A stretch of 64,000 bases of DNA from Octopus vulgaris (taxonomy: Eukaryota). The stretch covers positions 67,084,001 through 67,148,000 of the forward strand of contig OX597818.1 in the NCBI GenBank assembly GCA_951406725.2. The letters run 5' to 3'. The position numbers and the translations under genes are program-made. The notes beneath the pieces are model-generated. The model was given only the letters and a program-made list of their open reading frames with translations. It was not told the DNA's origin and did no database searches. Of the stretch, positions 55,486 to 64,000 are shown piece by piece; positions within the stretch are counted from its first letter, which is position 1, and the number at the start of each line of letters is the position of its first letter.

Positions 55486-55489
<4 letters not shown>
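55330..55489. mobile_element. Perfect ~42-bp hairpin plus ~70-bp extension, in (TA)n
   Basis: ttattatatagaaggagcttctacaggactagtactgtttca-gaa-tgaaacagtactagtcctgtagaagctccttctatataataa. Confidence 0.75.
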
Positions 55490-55560
<71 letters not shown>

Positions 55561-55569
55561 GTGTTACAT

Positions 55570-56099
55570 ACAATTTTTAAAAAATATGCTAGGCCATTGC
55601 TTTTAATAGATTAGTATCAATTTCTACCCTTATTTAATTATATATATATATATATATAATTAAATAAGGGTAGAAATTGATTCTAATCAATTAAAACCAG
55701 TGGCCTAGCATATATAAGCAATAATAAATCTCTGAACGAGGTATAAACAGTAACTGCAGGACAATGTAAAGTATATTTGCCATCTAAATATGGTTAACCA
55801 CTAAGGGTGGATGTTACTGTAGCTTGTAGCCCCAGGAGAACATCTTCTCCAGCTGGCTATTGACACATTTTCTGAGCCCTATCGGTATTTGCAATGAGAG
55901 GTCATCTTTCCCTCGGCAACCTAAGTTATACGCATGGACTGCAGTTTCTGGGTCAAGGGAAGGATGACCTCTCTTTGCAAATACCGAGGGGGCACAGAAA
56001 AGTGTGTCAATAGCCAGCTGGAGACGATGTTCTCCTGGGGCTACAAGCTACAGTAACATCCACCCTTAGTGGTTAGCCATATTGAGATGGCAAATATAC

Positions 56100-56102
<3 letters not shown>
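55570..56102. mobile_element. Inverted-arm elements in (TA)n (two adjacent palindromes)
   Basis: 55584-55712 is palindromic about a (TA)n centre; 55771-55914 and 55956-56099 are ~143-bp inverted arms. Confidence 0.8.
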
Positions 56103-56141
<39 letters not shown>

Positions 56142-57289
56142 CATATATACATATATATGTACGTATATATACACACATATATACTTATTCCTGTGTGCTC
56201 ATATTCTGAATGTTTCCAGTAACAGTTTCTCACTGTATCTATCTTATATATATTTACATGTGTGTATGTTCATATATTTTATATATCAAGAACATACCTG
56301 TTTCTTATTGGCATCATTATTTCACATTCCCCACCTCACTTTCTATATGTCTGTGTGTATGTATGTAAATCAGTGAGTCTCTGTTTATGCATATATAAGT
56401 ATAAAACTAGACGCAATAGAATGTGCTAGACGACATTGAGATAGACGCCTAGAATCAATAAATTCGCTCTTGGATATCAAACAGTTGTAAATGTACTTTG
56501 ATATTCTTTTCTTAGACTGATAAATTTCAGTTTGTGAGACGTCTATCGCTGAAAGTACGGACAACGTGTCGTAGTTGAGAGAATCCCTTTCAACATTTTA
56601 TCTTATTTAATTTTTTCAAAATTATTATTTCATATACATTTAGACATTGAAATCTATTTCAACTCGAACACTTGAACGAAATAAATATACAGTGTGTTAC
56701 TGCAAGAAATTTGTATACATCGCAATAATACAAAGGGGCGCTGCCGGCTAGTTCGACATAGTTTCAGTAGTACTGTAAATATTAATCAATGCTTAAGGCC
56801 TGTAATATTCCGAATTAACTGTTAATGGCAGCATACAACTGTTATAACATGCATTTGTAATGAATATATGCAGTGTTACGTTTTCTCCTATATAGATATC
56901 TACTTTGCCACATATTTATATCTATGTGATCTTTTCTTACGTAACTATATGTTACTCGGATGCGAAATCTCCTTTCTGGTAATACGTTACCAAACGATTC
57001 GTGAGTGTCATAGTCATATTATTATAACTTTGTATATTCTCAAATCGTATTAATTTATAAGTTTTATGTAATTCTCTAGGAGTATTGAGTAAGTTATTTG
57101 GCATTGTACCTCCTTCAATATAACATGGAAGTTTACTTTACCGTTGGATGAAAATAAACTTTAATATTACTTTCTGAATTAGGCGACATAGACTTGTTCA
57201 AGAGACCATAAAATATCTCAGTATTTTACTTCCAATGCATAATGGTATGGAAAATTTCAAATACATGTATGTATTTATGTAGGTATGGA

Positions 57290-57420
57290 TATATCTATAT
57301 CTATCTCTCTATACACACACACACACATATATATATAGAGAGAGAGAAAGTGAGAGAGAGAGGGGAATATAGATAGGTAGATAGATATATAGATAAATAA
57401 ACAGAGAGATAAATAGATAG

Positions 57421-57451
<31 letters not shown>

Positions 57452-57597
57452 GATAGATAGATAGAGATGGAAAGATAGATAGATAGGTAGATAGATAAAT
57501 AGATAAATAGATAGATAGATAGATAGATAGAGGTGGATAGAAAGATAGATATATAGGTAGATAGATAGATACGTAGATATATAGATAGGTAGATAGG

Positions 57598-57642
<45 letters not shown>

Positions 57643-57958
57643 TGATAGATAGATAGATACGTAGATATATAGATAGGTAGATAGATGGGTAGATAGGTAG
57701 ATAGATAGATAGATAGATAAGTTTCTTTATTGGCCACACAGAGCTGCACACAGATGGGACAAGTTACAAGGTAGAGCTTTTCTTTTGGGGGATGAAGAGA
57801 ACAAAAAACAAAAGAAAAAAAAAGGGGGCGGCGTAGGTTTTCGATCAAGCGGGATCGTAAAAGGGAAGAAAAGAACATAAACAAAAACAAATAGATAGAT
57901 AGATAGATAGATAGAGAGATAGAGAGATAGAGAGATAGAGAGATAGAAAGATAGATAG

Positions 57959-57991
<33 letters not shown>

Positions 57992-58006
57992 TAGATAGAT
58001 AGATAG

Positions 58007-58061
<55 letters not shown>

Positions 58062-58062
58062 G

Positions 58063-58128
<66 letters not shown>

Positions 58129-58206
58129 AAAGATAGATAGATAGATAGATAGGTAGATAGACAGATAGATAGATAGATAGATAGATAGAGAGATAGAGAG
58201 ATAGAG

Positions 58207-58260
<54 letters not shown>

Positions 58261-58300
58261 ACAGATAGATAGATAGATAGATAGAGAGATAGATAGATAG
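57290..58300. repeat. ~1-kb (GATA)n tract interrupted by a 170-bp insert
   Basis: Directly visible. Confidence 0.9.
57721..57890 (-). mobile_element. Retroelement 3' end inserted in (GATA)n
   Basis: Minus strand T-rich UTR ending gtggccAATAAAgaaac, then (tatc)n. Confidence 0.6.
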
Positions 58301-59173
58301 GTGGTATTAGAACCATATATATTCAGAATATAAATACATAAGTAGAAGCATGTTCCTATGTATATGTTCAAATACATTTATATCTAGCATAAAACTCTAG
58401 ACTACGAAGGTAGAGAATAAGAATCTTTTGAACGTGACCGGTGTACCTGGAGGTTCGGAATTAGGTAACAACCCTAAATGCTCATCATTAGGAGCGGCAA
58501 TGTGCAAAATGCGATGTTCGCATTGAGTGATTTCACCAGAAGACCTTCATTGTTCATTATGAAAATGAATGGAAAACAGCAATTCAAATATTAATCTGAC
58601 ATCTGAATGGAGAGGAGAAGAGGAAAATAAAGGCAAAAGGCAAGGGAAATAAAGGGCGTAAGAGGAAGGGGGAAAAGGTAGAGTAAGAAGAAATACTAAA
58701 GATGTTATGAGTGGAGGTAAAACGTGCAGTTCGGAGATGATGACTGGCATATGGTACGGCTGTTTTTGATCTGCCACATCATATCTTTTCTCAAGAGATA
58801 GGAAATATAGTGGAAATTAGAACACGAGCTGTCAGAGGTAACTTCATCTCCAAGTTGCAAACATTATTGCAAAGGTAAGCGATTTAGAGGGTATTGTCAG
58901 AAACAGAAACGCCTGGACACACGAACAAACACGCACGTGTGCAACTGTAGGTGCATGCGTGTGTCTGTATATATACATGTATGTATATATGCGTATATGC
59001 ATGCGTGTATACATGCATGTATATATGTATGCATGGGCATGGAAAAATATATCTGTCTATAAACATATATACCTCTATAGATATATTTTTATGTATATAT
59101 ACATATATACATTTAAAAATACACATGCGTATGCACATGTGTCTGGGGTGTGTTTGTACAGATGCGTATATAG

Positions 59174-59254
<81 letters not shown>

Positions 59255-59343
59255 CATATGCAGATAATTGGATATATATCAACATAAATATTTATCATAC
59301 ACTCTCATACATGCATTACATATTTTACTAGATGTGTGTGTGA

Positions 59344-59394
<51 letters not shown>

Positions 59395-59890
59395 TATATA
59401 GATAATTATATACATATATACATATATACACATAAATACATGCATATATATATATATATATACACGCAGATATATGCACGTATATACATATTATATATAG
59501 ATATATGCATATATATGTGTATATATCCCTTATAAATGTGTGTATGTGATGTGATATATAATATAGAGACGCAATCACATACACATATGTACGTACTCAC
59601 ACACACACATGCACAAACGTATATATGAATATGTATATGTATGGAACAAGTAGATGACACGTGGCCACGATCTGTTCCAGCGTTGCATGAACTTCCTGTT
59701 TCAGTCAGGGAATATGCAACGATGAAGGCGATAAAAGCTGCATTCGTGACTTGCATTCTGTAAACATTGAAATGAAACGAACATAAAAGTACATTAGGCG
59801 AGCTACGTTCAAAACATAAAGATCTGCAATGCTACGACAGCGAAATCTCTGCTACACTACCAACAAAAACAACTCTTATGGCATCAGCAA

Positions 59891-59925
<35 letters not shown>

Positions 59926-60071
59926 GCCACAATCACAGCAAGAACAATTGCAACATACAATTGAATTATAGCTATAATAATTTATCTACCGATATTTATA
60001 TCGATATCTGCACCGGTTAAATGCTATTACTACAGATGCAGCTGTTGGCACCATCGCCACCTCCCTCCCCA

Positions 60072-60465
<394 letters not shown>

Positions 60466-60599
60466 ATGATATTTAAAAAGTGAAAAACCATGAGGTTCGT
60501 GGTGATGCTATCACTATAAACAATCACGAATATTACGTTGCCTGAGTTTATGAGAGGCAAGATTTTACGCAGAAATTCTTGTGATAACAGCGCAAATTA

Positions 60600-62358
60600 G
60601 CCTGGCCTTTTAAAGGGGCAAGTCTCGCTTCACCTCAGTCATTTTTCTGAGAGAATATCCATTCATAATAGAGTGAGTGGAAGAAATATGCAAGTGACAT
60701 GTATAGGGTTGTGATGCAAAGCTACTTAGAGACTGAATCCAAAGTCGGAAACCACAGAAAACATATGTTTGCAATTTAGTTACAGAAAGGAAATTCTCAT
60801 GTGATGTAAGAACAGACTGGTGGACCAGATAATACAAATAGGATATTTAAGTGCATGACAGAATCTCAACGCAGTTGAAAAAAAGATACCAAGATGTAGG
60901 ACAGCTAAACCACAGTATCTAGGATGCACAGTTGATGAAGTTCAAGGCAAAGAGGAGCGATTAAACAAACACAAAAAAATATTAAATTAAAGATGAAAAA
61001 TTTTAAACTGAAAGCGGCGACGAAATTGAGGAAAGTCAAAAGATTTTAGTCGTGTTCAAAGAAGCGATGAGTACAGAATAAAGAGAAAGACTATGAGCAT
61101 TGAAAGAAGAATGGTGCTAGCTATGACTAGGAAAGTATATACTGTTATCAGTAGGAAAATACCTAAACGTATAGGTGACACAAACTTATTAAATTTAAGC
61201 AAGCTGTTTTACTAACTGACCAGGTATTCTCCCAGGAAAGAATAGGAAGAAGCAGATGTGGACTCGTAGTTCAGAAAATAATGTGGTGAATCTTTTGAGA
61301 CAAGATCTGAGGAGTAGAGAAATGTAGGGAAAGAAAAGTTAGGAAATGCAATATTTAAATATAATCTTGAGAAAAAATACTGTTCAAATAGAAAGTATTC
61401 GTTCCATCATGGATGAGCAGAAGCAGCGTATCACTGCAATATCAGGTAAACTTACCAGGTATTCGAGTAGTATTGGTACCATCCAGATTTTAGATCAGAA
61501 TTAGACAGAACAGATTGTTGGAGGCGGACAAATTATATATTATAGCCCAATAAAAAATGTGCGGGAGGAGCTACGGAATATGAAAAGCTTAATGCAAAAG
61601 AAGCTAAAAGGTCCTGGGGTGATAATTGATATATGGTAATTGATAATTATGTAGATATAGCATGGTTAAATAGAGTGAGGGCAATGTATTAAGTGGGAAG
61701 CGATAAATCTAAACCTAATTTGTGCATTAATAAGTCGAATGCTATGAAAAAATGGCAAGATTGAAGGGTTCAGGAACAGAAATAGTTCTACAGATTTGGT
61801 AAAGTACATTCAGTGGTTTACATGCGAAACTGAGGGACAAACTTCAAGACTGCTTGAATTGAGGGATTATACCTAAGAGGTAGAAAAGTACTCTTTATGA
61901 AAGACAAAAATGTAACTAGCAATTATAGACCTACAATTTGCTTACGATTTCTGTGAAAGCTGTTGCAAGGAATGGTCTCAAAAAGGGTTTAGGAGCACCT
62001 TCACAGCCGCCAGAATTTACTTCCAGAGGAATAGGAAAGTTGCAGGAAGAATTGTAGAGAAACGCATGATCTATTTTACAGAGACAAAGTAGATCTAAAT
62101 GAAGTGAAATCTACGAAGACAAGTTTCACAATAGCATGAATAGATTATAAGAAATCCTATGACATGATTCTACACTTGTGGATGAGCGGATGTTTGAGTA
62201 TATTTAGTATTACAGACAACATAAGAGAGTCCATTACATTTAGCATGAAGAAATGTGAGGTAGACCTCTACTCATGTGACACAGCCTTAGTTATAGTTTA
62301 TACCAAGAGGGGAATTCTCCAAGATGACTCGCTATTCCCTTTAATACTTGTCTTATTT
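60600..62358 (+). pseudogene. Decayed R4/Dong LINE reverse-transcriptase region
   Basis: NYRPTICLRFL*KLLQGM; A*IDYKKSYDMILHLWM; KRGILQDDSLFPLILV resembles RGIFQGDSLSPLLF; 5' boundary approximate. Confidence 0.8.
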
Positions 62359-62383
62359 TTTACTTTGTTATTATTACTATTAT

Positions 62384-63105
62384 TCAGCCGTCTTATTCTA
62401 ACTACGTGCTTTCGCTGCACTACTGAACTGACTTCGGTGTGTGCTGTGGTTTGTTGTGATGTTCTTAATTTTACTGTATTGAAAGTGTCTTACATACGAT
62501 ATGTTCGGTGCCAACTAGAGCTAATTTCTGCATGTTATATATAATTGTTATTCCTGGTATGTTTGTTAAATTTGTTTGAATATTTTTTATCATACCTAAC
62601 GCGCCTACTATGATAGGAATTGTTTCTGTTTTTAAATACCACATTCAAGTTAGACCTATTTCCACGTCTTTGTATTTTGATAGTTTCTCCATTTCTCATA
62701 GAGAAACGTTGTCATCTATTGGTATTGATACATCTATTAGAGAGCATTTGTTTTTTTCTTGATGATCTCTCACAACTATATCCGGCCTATTTTCCTTAAT
62801 TTATGTATATATCTGTATTGGCATATCCAGTAGTATGTCTGATTTTTCATTTTCTCTTACCTTCTTGGGGATATGCTTATACCATTTTTTTCTGTTGCTA
62901 GTCTATAGTGTTGGCATAGCTTCCAGTGCACATAGGTCCCAACGCTGTCGTGTCTGTGAATATAGTCCTTCTTAGCGAGGACTGGACAGTTAGAGACACT
63001 ATGATTATTGTTTCTTCTCCATTTCCACATATTCTGAGGTTACGCGTAGTATTTCTCTTCCTTACACATTTTTAGTAATATATAAGGGAAATGATTTGAT
63101 CTCGT
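62384..63105 (-). mobile_element. R4/Dong LINE 3' end (zinc knuckle + RLE), decayed
   Basis: RICGNGEETI..NCPVLAKKDYIHRHD; NRPDIVVRD..LIDVSIP..KYKDVEI..IPIIVGALG..KTLSIQ*; (AAT)-like tail. Confidence 0.85.
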
Positions 63106-63246
63106 GTTATTATTATTGCTTTTATTTATTATTATTATTATTATCATCATCATCATCATCATCGTCGTCGTCGTTGTCGTCGTCATCAGCATCATCATCA
63201 CCATCATCATCATTACCATCCTCATCATCATTGCCATCATTTCTTA

Positions 63247-63500
63247 AGGTGCATGGCTCAGTGGTTAGAGCGTCGCGCTTATGATCGTGAGGTTGTGAGC
63301 TCTATTTTCGGACCGAGCTGCGTGTTGTGTTCTTGAGCAAGACACTTTATTTCACGTTGCTCCAGTTCATTCAATTGTAGAATTAAGTTATGACATAACT
63401 GGTGCCAAGCTGCATCGACCTTTGCTTTTCCCTTGGATAACATCGCTGGTGTGGCATGCACGGGCGAATGTTGGTCTTCCATAAAAAAAACTACCCCATG
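63247..63500 (+). mobile_element. Family C-related SINE
   Basis: aaggtgcatggctcagtggttagagcg (A box)..ttcttgagcaagacactttatttcacgttgctccag. Confidence 0.8.
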
Positions 63501-64000
63501 TTGTGCTTTCGCCTGTGAGGCGACTTTCCATCCAGAATTGTACCCCGGAGAGGATCCTCTAGGTACAGTCATCGTCGTTCTTGACCAACGGAGTCGTTCA
63601 AATTATCATTTACTTTTAATCTGCATGTTTGTTACAACCATTTGCCGAGACACACCCACCTTCCTGGTGTAGGTGAAGGATAATAGATGTTACAATTTGG
63701 GGAAAAATTGGGGGATGAGATGTCGCAGGAGTAGTAGCGAAATATCTTCATGTAATACTGCACAGGCATTTAAATGGATAATTTTTTAAGTATGTGGGCG
63801 GTACTTGTATGCACAATCATTTGGAATTCTTAGACATGGTTCTCCTAGGATCATATTCGCATGTTTCTGATATTCCGTTTTTCCATTTTCCTTTATCATA
63901 CCTTGTGTACCCAAAATAACTGAAACAATTCGCGCTTTAGGATGCCACATTCTTTTGTATTTCTATTTCCAGGTACTTATATGTACTTAATTTGTAATAT

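Noticed and set aside
57275-58377. Long ORFs of 158-335 aa (LSIY repeats)
   Set aside because: Translations of (TATC)n microsatellite

Overview
AT-rich, microsatellite-saturated eukaryotic DNA with no recognisable intact host gene. The SINE families and the (TA)n/(CA)n/(AAT)n/(GATA)n density suggest a coleoid cephalopod, probably Octopus (inference). Almost every ORF in the supplied track is microsatellite noise or a transposon remnant. The window holds tRNA-derived SINEs of three families, a stack of 5'-truncated R4/Dong-type LINEs in (AAT)n tracts, three full-length but decayed Tc1/mariner transposons (two mariner DD34D-type, one DD41D-type), two non-autonomous Helitron-like elements, a ~590-bp foldback element and a decayed Penelope-like element (PLE). 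The most interesting structure is a 2.95-kb palindromic array (27582-30528) of a near-identical ~545-bp unit inserted in (TA)n. Each complete unit carries a type I hammerhead-ribozyme motif, so it looks like a retrozyme-like, possibly circRNA-producing, non-autonomous PLE derivative. Three other (TA)n-embedded elements share its geometry of inverted arms with a one-sided extension. All motif, alignment and fold calls were made by eye and coordinates are approximate.
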